A DNA stretch of 64,000 nt, taken from the NCBI GenBank assembly GCA_030390025.1, contig CM059432.1:1736001-1800000 (forward strand), given 5' to 3'. This stretch comes from Squalus acanthias. Lineage: Eukaryota. Under the pieces are notes generated by a model. It had not been told where the DNA came from, ran no database searches, and saw only the letters and a program-made list of their open reading frames with translations. Shown here piece after piece: positions 11,036 to 23,104 of the stretch (its first letter is position 1; each line of letters starts with the position of its first letter). Made by a program: the position numbers and the translations under genes.

Positions 11036-14000
11036 ATTTGGATGATCAGCCATGATCTCATTAAATGGCGGAACAGGCTCGAGGGGCCGAATGGCCTACT
11101 CCTGCTCCTATCTTCTATGTTTCTATGTTTCTATGATAGAGTAAATAAGCAGAAACTGTTTCCACTGACAGGAGGGCTGGTAACCAGAGGACACAGATTT
11201 AAGGTAATTTGCAAAAAAGTCAGAGCGGAGATGAGGAGAAATTTTTTGACGCTGTGAGTTGTTGTGATCTGGAAGGCACTGCCTGAAAGGGTGGTGGAGG
11301 CAGATTCAATAATAACTTTCAAAACGGAATTGGATAAATACTTGTAAAGGAATATTTTTCACGGCTAAGGGGAAACAGCAGGTGGGAGTGTGACTAATTG
11401 GAGAGCTCTCCGAGATAAGTGGGGGGAAGGGTCCCGGTGGAGAGAAATCTGGAATGCTAAAGAGAAAAGACAAGGAAGCAGTGCAGGAAAGTGATTGGGG
11501 TAAGGATAACCAGATTGTGTCAGGAAGGGACAGAGCGTACAAACAAAGGAGTGCACTAACAAATAGGGTCCGGGTAAGAAAAAATGGTTATAAGACAAAT
11601 ATGGCCAGAGTACAAAAAAATGTTAAGATGTCTAAAAATGTTAAAAAGACCAATCTAAAGGCACTGTATCTGAATGCACGAAGCATTCGTAATAAGGTAG
11701 ATGAATTAACAGCACAAATAGATGTAAATGGATATGATATGATTGCGATTACGGAGACATGGCTGTAGGGTGACCAAGGCTGGGAGCTGAATATCCAAGG
11801 ATATTCGATATTTAGGAAGGACAGGCGAAAAGGAAAAGGAGGTGGGTGGCATTGTTCGTAAAGGATGAAATCAGAGCAATAGTGAGAAAGGATATTGGCT
11901 CAGAAAATCAAGATGCAGAATCAGTCTGGGTGGAGCTAAGAAGCACCAAGGGGCAGAAAACATTGGTGGGAGTTGTCTATAGGCCTCCAAACAGTAGTGG
12001 TAATGTAGGGGATGGCATCAAACAGCAAATTAGAGATGCATGTAACAAGGGTACTACAGTAATCATGGGAGACTTTAATCTACATATAGACTGGCCAAAC
12101 CAAATTAGCAATAATACTGTGGAGGATGAATTCCTGGAATGTGTACGAGATGGTTTTTTAGAGCAGTACGTTGAGGAGCCAACTAGGGAACAGGCTATCC
12201 TAGGTTGGGTATTGTGCAATGAGAAGGGGTTAATTAATAATCTTGTTGTGCGGGGTCCTTTAGGGAAGAGTGACCATAACATGATAGAATTCTTCATTAA
12301 AATGGAAAGTGAAGAAGTCCAATCCGAAACTAGGGTCCTAAATCTAAATAAAGGAAACTACGATGGTATGAGGAGTGAGTTGGCTATGATAGATTGGGGA
12401 GCTTCATTAAAAGGCATGATGGTGGATAGGCAATGGCTAACATTTAAGGAACGAATGCATGAATTGCAACAGTTATACATTCCTTTCTGGCGCAAAAACA
12501 CAAAAGGAAAAGCGGCCCAACCATGGATAACAAAAGAAATTAAGGATAGTATTAGATCCAAAGAGGAGTCATGTAAAGTTAACAGAAAAAGTAGCAAGCC
12601 TGAGGATTGGAAGCAGTTTAGAGTTCATCAAAAAAGGACAAAGAGATTGATTAAGAGGGGAAAAATAGAGTATGAGAGTAAACTTGCAAGGAACATAAAA
12701 GCGGATTGTAAAAGCTTCTACAAGTATGTAAAAAGAAAAAGATTAGTGAAGACAAATGTAGGTCCCTTACAGTCAGAAACGGGAGAATTGATAATGGGGA
12801 ACAAGGAAATGGCGAGCAATTAAACAAATACTTTGGTTCTGTCTTCACGGAAGAGGACACAAATAACTTCCCAGAAATGCTAGGGAACCAAGGGTCTAGT
12901 GAGAAGGAGGAATTAAAGGAAATTAGTATTAGTAAAAAAATAGTGCTGGAGAAATTAATGGGACTGAAAGCTGATAAATCCCCAGGGCCTGATAATCTTC
13001 ATCCCAGAGTACTAAAAGAGATAGGCATGGAAATAGTGGATGCATTGGTTGTCATCTTCCAAAATTCTATAGATTAGTTCCTGCAGATTGGAGGGTGGCA
13101 AATGTAACCCCACTATTTAAAAAAAAAGGAGGGAGAGAGAAAACAGGGAACTACAGACCGGTTTGTCCTAACATCAGTAGTAGGGAAAATGCTAGAGTCT
13201 ATTATAAAGGAGGTGATAACAGGACACTTAGAAAATATCAACGGGATTAGACAAAGTCAACATGGATTTATGAAAGGGAAATCGTGTTTGACAAACCTAC
13301 TGGAGTTTTTTGAGGATGTAACTGGCAGAATAGATAAGGGAGAACCAGTGGATGTGGTGTATTTGGATTTTCAGAAGGCCTTTGATAAAGTCCCACATAA
13401 GAGGTTAGTGTGCAAAATTAAAGCACATGGGATTGGGGGTAATATACTGGCATGACTGAAAATTGGTTAACAGACAGGAAACAGAGAGTAGGAATAAATG
13501 GGTCTTTTTCGGGGTGGCAGGCGGTGACTAGTGGGGTACCGCAGGGATCAGTGCTTGGGCCCCAGCTATTCACAATATATATCAATGATTTGGATGAGGG
13601 AACCAAATGCAATATTTCCAAGTTTGCTGACGACACGAAACTAGGTGGGATTATGAGTTGTGAGGAGGATGCAAAGAGGCTTCAAGGCGATTTAAACAAG
13701 TTGAGTGAGTGGGCAAATACATGACAGATGCAGTATAACGTGGATAAATGTGAAGTTATAGAGTCATAGGGGGAGAAATTCAGTATCACCCCATTTGGGG
13801 CGCAATTATCGGCCGGGCGCAAAGATTAGCGCCTGGCGCTAATTATCGCCACCGACGGCAAACTTGACTTTTAACGCCCCTGGAGGTGATTGGAGCGCTA
13901 AATCAGGCGCTACACACCTGTCTTAAGGCGCAAAGGCCGAGGAGCGAGGCGCTAACTCAGAGCGCGGGCGCAGCGCAGGTGCTGTCAGTTAGCGATGGAA

Positions 14001-14129
14001 CACAGACACACTGGCGCCGGACAGTTCTTAAAGGGGAGGGTCGATCTTGCACTCCAGCCACACCCTGCTCATTGGAGCCTTGAATCTCGGCCTGGAGAGA
14101 CCTGTGCCTAAATCTTCCAGCCAAGGACT

Positions 14130-15982
14130 ATGGAGAGGGTGAGAGAACGAGCTCAGCGCTTCAGCGAGCGGGCCTTGGATGCTCTGGTTGGCGCGGTGGA
14201 GCGCAGAAGATCAATACTGTACCCAGAGAGTGGCAGGAGGCCTTTGCCGCGTGAGTACAGAAGAGTGTGGAGGGAGGTGGCTCAGAGCGTCTCCTGCAGG
14301 AGCATGGTGCCCAGGACCCATGTATAATGTCGGAAAAAGTTCAACGACCTCACTCGGGTCGTCAGGGTGAGTGGCTTTTTTTCAATACCTCTCCATCCCT
14401 CCATCTCAACCTCACTCTATGGCCAGAGGGTCTTAAAACCCCAATGCACAACACTCATCCAACACCTATGGGCCTCTCATGAAACACACACGCACATTCC
14501 ACACTATGCATACAGTAAGGGCTATTCACCTATGGGAGGCAAATCAGGCAAGACCATGGCTGCATACAGTAAGGGCTATTCACCTATGGGAGGCACATCA
14601 GGCAAGACCATGGCTGCATACAGTAAGGGCTATTCACCTATGGGAGGCACATCAGGCAAGACCATGGCTGTATATTTACTCAGACGCCGTCCTTTTTCTT
14701 GCAGGCCAAGCTATCTCATAATAGGAGACAGCAGCAACGGACGGGTGGAGGGCGGCCTCAGCTGCAACCCCTCAGCGATCTTGAGGCGCGCGTCCACAGG
14801 ATTGTGGCAAGCCGGGTGATCGGTCCCGTCGCCACTGGAGACGCCGACCCCGTTCTGGACAGCAATGGTAAGGTCATCACCTTTTTGTCCTCTGTCCTTC
14901 CACTTGTCCCTCACAACACCAGCCTTTGACACTTTCAATCCAACTTACTAAATCGCTGCACTCATTCCTCCCTTACTGCCACCCTGTCCTCATGCTAAAG
15001 CCACTCTTGTACCTCCCTGCTTTCAGATGGTGATTCACCAGCTGAGGAGACGGGCCTTCAAGCTGCCAGTGGGAGTGAAGCTGCAGGCGAGGAGGAAGAT
15101 GAAGGCGGAGCATCAGTGCCACCCTCTCCCGAGGAAGCCCATGCCCACACTGGGAACACGCCTTCCCTGGAGGGGAGCAGGGGAGAAGGGTCTGATGAGG
15201 GTGAAGCTCCAGGACCCAGCGGGCTTCAGCAACGCGATGGGGGTAGGGAAGCTCGGGGGCCTTCTCCCCAGAGGGAGAGTAGGCCAGCGAGTCCTGCTGC
15301 ACTGGACGCAGAGGAGGAGCGGCTCATCGCTGAAATGAACACCCAGGCGGTGGACATGCACACTGAGCTCATGGGTGCAGTGGGAAGGGTGCCCAAATGC
15401 ATTGAATCACTGGCAAGGAGTGTGGAGCACTTCGCTGTAGCACAGGCGGATGCCACGCTAAAGCTTAGTGCTGCAATTCAGTCTCAGACTGCTGTCATGC
15501 AGACTCAGATTGAGGCCATGCGAGCACTGACTGCTGCCATCCTCGATGGTTCGGACACATTTCCCCGGGGCTCTCACCGCGCCGCAGCAGGCCAGCAATC
15601 TGTGCTCCAGCAGATTGCTCCGGATGCTGAAGTGCTGCCCCGTGGGAGTGCCAGTGTGTCGGTCGAGCAGGGAGTTGCTGTCCTCTCTCAAGATGACAGC
15701 ATTCCTGCTGCCACCACTGTCACTTCTCCATTGCACTTGCCACCGCCTGTAGGACAGACTGCTGCCGCCCATGCAGAGTTGGTGCAGTCTGCAGCCGGGC
15801 CCTCCAGGCCCAGAGCTGGTCGAGGCCGTCCTTCAAGGGCATCTGCAGTCTCAGGTTATGAGAATCAGCAGCCTTCCACCAGCCTTGCTGCAGCCACTGG
15901 GGTCCCATTACGGAGGAGCAGTAGGGTGGGAAGGGGGGAAGTGCGCAAGGGAAGGAGATCACCCTCGAAGGGCAAAAAGTAG
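14130..15982 (+). pseudogene. Harbinger Myb/SANT-like (trihelix) DNA-binding protein; predicted exons 14130-14366, 14705-14867 and 15027-15982 (about 451 aa), with a premature TAA at 14325
   Basis: RFSERALDALV...VWREVAQSVS...RTHV*CRKKFNDL is a Myb_DNA-bind_5-like signature, followed by RTGGG in exon 2. Canonical junctions AGG|GTGAGT, TTCTTGCAG|G, G|GTAAGG and TTTCAG|AT keep the frame. Basic C-terminus. Confidence 0.85.
14507..14670 (+). repeat. 54-bp tandem repeat (3 copies) in intron 1 of the Myb-like gene
   Basis: Unit TGGCTGCATACAGTAAGGGCTATTCACCTATGGGAGGCACATCAGGCAAGACCA. Confidence 0.9.
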
Positions 15983-16293
15983 GAGGTGTGACAAAATGTA
16001 TGTCAATTTTTTATTAAAGGCCGAGGTTCGTGTTTAAACTTTTGTTTAGTGTTTTGGACATTATCTCCAGGTTGTGAGAACCAGTTATGTTAATGACTGT
16101 TTTTTTGTATTTCTTTCTATTAGTTTGTCATGAAGAAATGACACACACAGAGTTTGTAAAATAAATAAGTTTTTGTATTCAAAATGTACATGTTTGGTCT
16201 TTGGAATCATTACTGCCTTGGCCGGCTTAGGGGTTGCGGGTTGGTTTCATTCATGTTGTTCTCAATGGTAGAAGCCATTTCCTCAGCAGGGGC

Positions 16294-17445
16294 CTAGAAG
16301 CGGCTTGCTATCAGCCGTTGACGGACGGCCCTTGCAGTTTCAACATTGTGGGCCGCCCTCCCGCCTTGGTGCTGCTGATGATCATCCTCCTCCTCCTCTT
16401 CCTCCTCCTCCTCTGGTGGTGCTCCAAGGCCTGGTGGCATTGGCTGGGTCCTGAGGATTGCCATGTTATGCAGCATGCAGCACACAACTACGAAGTGGGA
16501 AACTCGCTCAGGCGAGTACTGCAGGGCTCCTCCAGAATGGTCCAGACAGCGGAACCGTTGCTTCAGCACGCCGATTGTGTGCGCAACGATGTTCCTGGTA
16601 GCTTGATGGCTCTCGTTGTACCGCAGCTCAGCAGGGGTGTTGGGCGTACGGAGCGGTGTCATCAGCCAGGTGCTCAATGGATACCCCTTGTCCCCGAGAA
16701 GCCAACCAACTGGCTGATGCGGTGCCTCGAAAAGTTCTGCCACAGTAGTCTGGCGCAGGATGAAAGCATCGTGGCAGCTGCCAGGATAGTGGGCATTGAC
16801 AGCGAGTATCAGCTGTCTGTGGTCACAGACCAACTGAACATTCAAGGAATGGAACCCCTTTCTGTTCCGGAAATCCTCGGCATTCACATGCGGAGCACGC
16901 AAAGCCACATGCGTGCAGTCAATGGCGCCCTGCACCATGGGGAAGCCCGCTATCCTGGCAAAGCCCAGAGCACGTTCATGCTGCTTGTCTGGGGTCATGG
17001 GGAAAGAGATGTACTCTCGTCTCCTTTTAAAGAGGGCATTTGTGACGTGACGGATGCAGCAATGCACCGCGAACTGGGAGATATTGGCGATGTCCCCAGC
17101 AGCAGATTGAAATGAGCCAGTAGCATAAAAGTTCAGAGCCACTGTAATCTTCACTGCCACCGACAGAGACGTCCTGGACCTCAGTTGAGGCTGCAGATCT
17201 GGCTGCTGCAGGTGGCAGAGCTCAATGACCACCTCCTTGCTGAAGCGCAGCTTTCACAAACACTGCTCCTCAGACATATGAATGTAGGAGAGCTGTTCAC
17301 GATATACCCTGGGAGGGTAAGCTCTCCTGTACAGACGCCTGTTGGCCCTCCTCCGTCTGGCCATCATTGCCACTCTCTCTCTGCGTCTCTGTGTCCTCCG
17401 ATTCAGCTGGCGCAGGACGACGCCCCCAATCAGTGTAGCCCCCAT
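16294..17445 (-). pseudogene. Harbinger (HARBI1-like) DDE transposase, 383 codons, with a premature TGA at 17254-17256
   Basis: ORFs 17254-17445 and 16294-17232 are in the same frame (EQCL*KLRFSKEV). Motifs FYATGSFQ, GAIDCTHV, NRKGFHSLNVQ, YPGSCHD, LLGDKGY and IGVLKQRFRCL. Confidence 0.93.
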
Positions 17446-17967
17446 AGTCTCCTAGCAAGCAAAGTTATGAAGGCCAAAAACCAAAGTACCTGCCAAGTTA
17501 TGATCAGTAGCCAAAAGTACCTCACACAGCGTTGACTCAATGCAGAAGTCTCTCTTTCTCTCTCTCCAAATCTCTCTCTCTCTCTCAGAACGAGTGGTGC
17601 AAAAATGTCAACCACAGAGAAAGACAGGAAGAGGCCCCCTTTAAATAGCGCCCCCCCCAGCCCCACAGCGACTGATAGCGTTTCAGTCTTCCGGTCGTTG
17701 GATGCGCCAGGCGGAAAGGATGGGGGCGCCATTCAATTTCCGCTCCGGGGCGCCACAAGGGCGTTGCACCCTCGTATGACATCAAGATCTGCGTGCGCAG
17801 GAGATCGCGGCGGTAAATTTTAGCGCTGCCGCAAAATGTCTAGTTAAGTTTGCGAGCGGCGCAAACATCGCTGCGCCCAGGCGCTAGCTGCTTTGCACCC
17901 CATTAACGCCCTCTTAAGGCGCTAACGGGAGGCGCAACCAACTGAATTTTTACCCCATAGAGTCATA

Positions 17968-18860
17968 GGGGGAAAAATTCAGTTGGTTGCGCCTCCCGTT
18001 AGCGCCTTAAGAGGGCGCTAATGGGGCGCAAAGCATCTAGCGCCCAGGCGCGGCGAAGTTTGCGCCGCTCGCGAAATTAACTAGACATTTTGCGGCGGCG
18101 CTAAACACTACCGCCACGATCTCCTGCGCCGGCAGATCATGACATCACTCGAGTGCGCAACGCCCCGGTATCGCCCCGGAGCGGATATTGAGTGGCGCCC
18201 CCTGCCTTACCGCCTGACGCGAGCAACGACAGGTTGAGGGGAGCGTTCTGCAGTCATGAAGGGACTGGGGGAGTGCTATTTAAAGGTGTCCGCTTCCTGC
18301 CTTTTATTGTTGGTGCCATTTTTGAACTACGCATTCTGAGAGAGAGAGGGAGAGACTTCTGGAGAGATTCAACGTTGTGTGAAGGAGTTTTGGGTACTGA
18401 GCAGCACTTTGCAGGTTCATTTTGATTTGCCATTCCTTGTATCGATTTAGCAGAGACTGTGGGGGCTGCGCTCTGAGCTCTTTGCCTGGTACTCTCCATT
18501 GTTCTTTCCAGCAGATTTGATGTACAGGTCTCTCCAGGCCGAGATTCAAGGCTGCAATGAGCAGGATGTGGATGGAAAGCAAGATTAACCATCCCCTTTA
18601 AGAACTGGCCCGTGCCATTGTGTGTGTGTTCCATTGCTGACTGACATTACATGAGCTTCGCCAGCACTCTGAGGTAGCGCCTCGCTCCTCGGCATTTGCG
18701 CCTTAAGACAGGTGTGAAGCACCTGATATAGCGCTGCAATCACCTCCAGGGGCGATAAAAGTCAAGTTTGCAGTCGGTGGCGATAATTAGCGGCAGGCGC
18801 TAATCTTTGCGCCCGGCCGATAATTGCGCCCCAAATGGGGCGATACTGAATTTCTCCCCC
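17968..18860 (-). mobile_element. Internal-deletion derivative (MITE) of the Harbinger family, inverted relative to 13769-17956
   Basis: TIRs GGGGGAAAAATTCAGT and ACTGAATTTCTCCCCC, flanked by ATA/ATT. Both ends are homologous to the autonomous element. Confidence 0.92.
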
Positions 18861-21130
18861 ATTGAGTTATACAGCACAGAATGAGGCCCTTCGGCCCATC
18901 GTGTCTGCACCGGCCATCAAGCCCCATCTATTCTAATCCCATTTTCCAGCACTTGGTCCGTAGCCTTGTATGCTATGGCGTTTCAAGTGCTCATCTAAAT
19001 GCTTCTTGAATGTTGTGAGGGTTCCTGCCTCTACCACCCTTTCAGGTAGTGAGTTCCAGATTCCAACCACCCTCTGGGTGAAAAAGTTTTTCCTCAAATC
19101 CCCTCTAAACCTCCTGCCCCTTACCTTGAAACTATGCCCCCTGGTTATTGACCCCTCTACTAAGGGGAAAAGTTCCTTTCTATCTACCCTATCTATGCCC
19201 CTCATAATTTTGTACACCTCAATCAGGTCCCCCCTCAGCCTTCTCTGCTCTAAGGAAAACAACCCCAGCCTGTCCAGTCTCTCTTCATAGCTGAAGCGCT
19301 CCAGCCCAGGTAACATCCTGGTGAATCTTCTCTGCACCCTCTCTAATACAATCACATCCTTCCTATAGTGTGGTGACCAGAACTGCACACAGTATTCCAG
19401 CTGTGGCCTAACTAGCGTTTTGTACAGCTCCATCATAACCTCCCTGCTCTTATATTCTATGCCTCAGCTAATGAAGGCAAGTATCCCATATGCCTTTTTA
19501 ACCACCTTATCTACCTGTCCTGCTGCCTTCAGGGATCTATGTACATGCACACCAAGGTCCCTCGATCCTCTATCCTTCCTAGGGTCCTACCATTCATTGT
19601 GTATTCCCTTGCCTTGTTAGTCCACCCAAAATGCATCACCTCACACTTTTCAGGGTTAAATTCCATTTGCCACTGTTCTGCCCATCTGACCAACCCGTCT
19701 ATATTGTCCTGTAGCCGGAGGCTTCCCTCCTCGCTATTTACCACCCCACCAATTTTCGTGTCATCTGCGAACTTACTGATCATACCTCCTACATTCATAT
19801 CTAAATCATTAATGTACACTACAAACAGCAAAGGACCCAGCACCGATCCCTGCGGTACACCACTGGACACAGGCTTCCAGTCACAAAAACAACCTTCGAC
19901 CATCACTCTCTGCCTCCTGCCACTGAGCCAATTTTGGATCCAATGTGCCAAGTTGCCCTGGATCCCATGGGCTTTTACCTTCTTGACCAGTCTCCCATGC
20001 AGGACTTTGTCAAAAGCCTTACTGAAGTCCATGTAGACCACATCAACTGCGCTACCCTCATCCACACACCTAGTCACCCCCTCTCAAAATTCAATCAAAT
20101 TGGTCAGACATGATTTCCCCCTGACAAAACCATGCTGACTATCCTTGATTAATCCTTGCCTCTCCAAGTGGAGACTAATTCTGTCCCTCAGAATTTTTTC
20201 CAATAATTTCCCTACCACTGATGTTAGACTCACTGGCCTGTAATTCCCTGGTTTATCCCTACTACCCTTCTTGAATAATAGTACTATGTTAGCTGTTCTC
20301 CAGTCCTCTGGCACCTCCCCTGTGGCCAGAGAAGTTCTGAACCACTTCGGTAGGAAAAACAGAAAGGTAGAGTATTATTTAAATGGTGATAGATTGGGAA
20401 ATGCTGATGTATAAAGGGACTTGGGTGTTCTTGTACACCAGTCACTGAAAGCAAACATGCAGGTGCAGCAAGCAGTTAGGAAGGCAAATGGTATGTTGGC
20501 CTTCAATTTAAGAGGATTTGAGTACAGGAGCAAGGATATCTTACTACAGTTGTACAGGACCTTGGTGAGACCACACCTGGAGTACTGTGTGCAGTTTTGG
20601 TCTCCTTACCTGAGAAAGGATATACTTGCCATAGAGGGAGTGCAGCAAAGGTTCACCAGACTGATTCCTGGGATGGCAGGACTGTTGTATGAAGAGAGAT
20701 TGGGTCGACTAGGCCTGTATTCACTAGAGTTTAGAAGATAAGAGGGGATCTCATTGAAACGTATAAAATTCTGACAGGGCTAGACTGGATGCAGGGAGGA
20801 TGTTTCCCCTGGCTGGGTGGTCTAGAACGTGGGGTCACAGTCTCAGGATACGGGGTAGGACATTTAGGACTGAGATGAGGAGAAATTTCTTCACTCAGAT
20901 GGTGGTGAACCTGTGGAATTCTCTACCACAGAAGGCTGTGGAGGCCAAGTCACTGAATATATTTAATAAGGAGATAGATAGATTTCTAGACGCAAAAGGC
21001 ATCAAGGGGTATAGGGAGAGAGCGGGAATATGGTATTGAGATAGAGGATCAGCCATGATCATATTGAATGGCGGAGCAGGCTCGAAGGGCCGAATGGCCG
21101 ACTCCTGCTCCTATTTTTCTATGTTTCTAT

Positions 21131-21388
21131 GAGGAGCAATTTCTTCACTCAGAGGGTTGTGCATCTTTGGAATTCTCTACCCCAGGGGGCTGTGGAGGCT
21201 CGGTCGTTGAGTATATTCAAGACAGAGATCGATAGATTTTTGGATATTAAGGGAATCCAGGGATATGGGGATAATGCAGGAAAGTGGAGATGAGGTAGAA
21301 GATCAGCCATGATCTTATTGAATGGAGGAGCAGGCTCGAGGGGCCGAATGGCCGACTGCTGCTCCTATTTCTTATGTTCTTGTGTTCT
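21131..21388 (+). mobile_element. CR1 3' fragment
   Basis: Encodes an FFTQRVVxLWNSLP-type segment, followed by a CR1 3' UTR and tail. Confidence 0.8.
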
Positions 21389-22094
21389 AGCGCTTTGAAA
21401 GAGCCAGCACAGTCATGAATGGGCCGAATGGCCTCCTTCTGTGCTGTATGATTCTATGGTAACTCTCTTTGGGACCTATGAGGGGAACATAGGATCGGTT
21501 GTACATCATAACTTCACAAAGCAATAACACAAAACAGGCTTTAAAATTAAAGGAATCAATTGTTTTCTCTGTAACCTTAGTTGTCTAAATGATATATAAC
21601 AATTCCTTAATGACAGTAGAAGAAAATAGACCACACATTTACAAGACAACAAGTGAGCAGTAATCTGCTCTCACAAATTGAAGGCAAACCAACCCAACAT
21701 TATAAACAATACAATGGAAAAGAATATCAATATGACTGTGTACAGAGAGAGAATGGGCCGGAATTTGCTGGAGTGGGGCATCTCTGGACACGCCCTGTTA
21801 GTTCGACTTTTTCCCTCACCCTTACGCTCGTAAACTTTTTTGCACCGAAACTCGCTGGGAGTGCGAGCTGATAACGGCGCGACCAGGGCAGCGGGGCGTC
21901 TGGGACCTCGGTGAACGACGGGACCAACAGTCTATCTCCTTAACCGGTGAGATTTAAGGATTGAGAAAGAAACAGAGGAACGACGGAGCAGGAAATAGAG
22001 TGAATTAGAGTCAAATCAGGTACAGAAAGAGAAAGAAAGAGAAAGAAAGATTGGTTTAAGAGTGAGAGAAAAAAGAGACAGAAATGAAGAGTAA

Positions 22095-22886
22095 GGGCTG
22101 GATTTTCTCAGCCCCGAGGAGGCGGGACTGCCGGTAAAGTTGCTGAATTTGGGGGCGGCTGGCAAACCTGCCCCCATCCCGCCCCCATGCCCTTTTGCCA
22201 GGAGGCGGAAGCCGTCCTGTCCCGGGTCCCGTCTCCTCGAGGCGGGAAAGGGATTAAATCCTTTTAACTGCCTGTTAACCAGTAGTTAACAGGCAGAAAA
22301 TAGGATTATCCCCATTTTTCGTCCTGAAGTGCGGGCTTCCCGACCTGGGTGAACCCCACCGGGGTGTAGGAGGTGAGTAGGAGGTCTGCGGGGGTCGGAG
22401 GGGTCTGAAAGTGCAATGTAGAGGTGAGTGATGGATGCAAGTGTGGAGTGGTAAGTATGTGAGGTGAGTGTAAAGTGTTAGAAAATGTTCACTTACCTTT
22501 GTTTCTGCCTACAGCCTTCAGCCGCTGTGGATCCGGAGTCCCGACATCTTCATTGTAGATTTCACAGACTGGCTGTTGCATCCTCCGATCCAACAGCCAG
22601 GTGATTTCTGCAAAGTTGAAAGGTTTGATGAGTCCTGAACACAAGCACTCATCAAACTACACAGAATGTCAAACGCTAACATTTCTTCTTTCAAAAAATC
22701 TTGACAGATGGCACGCCAGACGTTGACGTGCTCTGTCACTGACTTCCCCCTAATTGGCCTGCTGAGGTTAACAAGGTCAATCAGGGGAGAATCCCGCTGG
22801 TTGGCCAGAAGCTGATGGAGGCGGGACTGAAAGCCGGCAAGCAGCAGTCCCGCCTCCAAAAGGTTCCCATTGACAAAATCCAGTCC
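22095..22886. mobile_element. Harbinger-type MITE (792 bp)
   Basis: TIRs GGGCTGGATTTT and AAAATCCAGTCC, TSD TAA at 22092-22094 and 22887-22889. Confidence 0.85.
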
Positions 22887-23104
22887 TAAGAGTTTTTTTT
22901 TAAATCCCCTGAAAAGTTCAAAAGCTGAAGGAATGAGACTCCACACTTGTAATAGTTAATTTTCAGTGCAAGAGATGCTGTTTGGCAGTAATTAACAATT
23001 TGAATTTCGTTAAAAGGGTACTTATGCTTGAATTGGCAAGTCTTAACTTTCTGTGGCGAATTTAGCTCGTAACTCCCGTGCAAATACAACAACTTCACGC
23101 CATT

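Larger units (their letters stand above)
6513..11133 (+). mobile_element. Full-length young CR1 LINE (5' UTR, ORF1, ORF2, 3' UTR) with a few inactivating mutations
   Basis: 5' UTR of about 400 bp, ORF1 from 6914, ORF2 with APE and RT ending at 11035, and a (TTCTATGT)n tail ending near 11133. Nearly identical to 56059-60234. Confidence 0.95.
13769..17956. mobile_element. PIF/Harbinger DNA transposon with autonomous-type structure (4188 bp)
   Basis: TIRs GGGGGAGAAATTCAGT and ACTGAATTTTTACCCC, 3-bp TSD ATA at 13766-13768 and 17957-17959, and convergent Myb/SANT-like and DDE transposase genes. Confidence 0.95.
13758..20339 (-). mobile_element. CR1 LINE 3' part (RT to tail) with two Harbinger insertions in its (CTATGACT)n tail; body at 18861-20339
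   Basis: Minus ORFs 20084-20314, 19529-20077 and 18933-19436 encode RT. Tail units ATAGAGTC are at 13758-13768, 17957-17967 and 18861-18870. Confidence 0.88.
11411..21130 (+). mobile_element. CR1 LINE ORF2 plus 3' UTR (5'-truncated), interrupted at about 13758-20339
   Basis: APE and RT ORFs at 11454-13724. The reading ...GAAGTTAT resumes as CCACTTCGGTAGGAAAAAC at about 20342. C-terminal ORFs at 20421-21039 and tail TTCTATGTTTCTATG near 21130. Confidence 0.92.
6270..21458 (+). mobile_element. Old CR1 3' fragment split into three pieces (about 6270-6512, 11134-11410 and 21392-21458) by later insertions
   Basis: The pieces join in order: ...GTGTTCAAAATAATGAGG | GATAGAGTAAATAAG...GAGAGCTCT | TTGAAAGAGCCAGCACAG...GATTCTATG. 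This matches the order in other copies, such as 24189-25170 on the minus strand. Confidence 0.75.

Noticed and set aside
14367..14819. ORF with 18-aa repeats (AAYSKGYSPMGGTSGKTM)
   Set aside because: It translates the intronic 54-bp repeat, and its start is the GT splice donor.
16234..17115. 293-aa plus-strand ORF
   Set aside because: Antisense shadow of the GC-rich transposase with no recognisable motifs.
16294..17445. Domesticated host HARBI1 gene
   Set aside because: It lies within TIRs and a TSD, beside a Myb-like partner and inside a LINE tail, and it carries a nonsense codon.
17730..18190. Central palindrome as an assembly artefact
   Set aside because: The arms differ at many positions, and the right arm matches the separate derivative family at 30252-31140 better than it matches the left arm.
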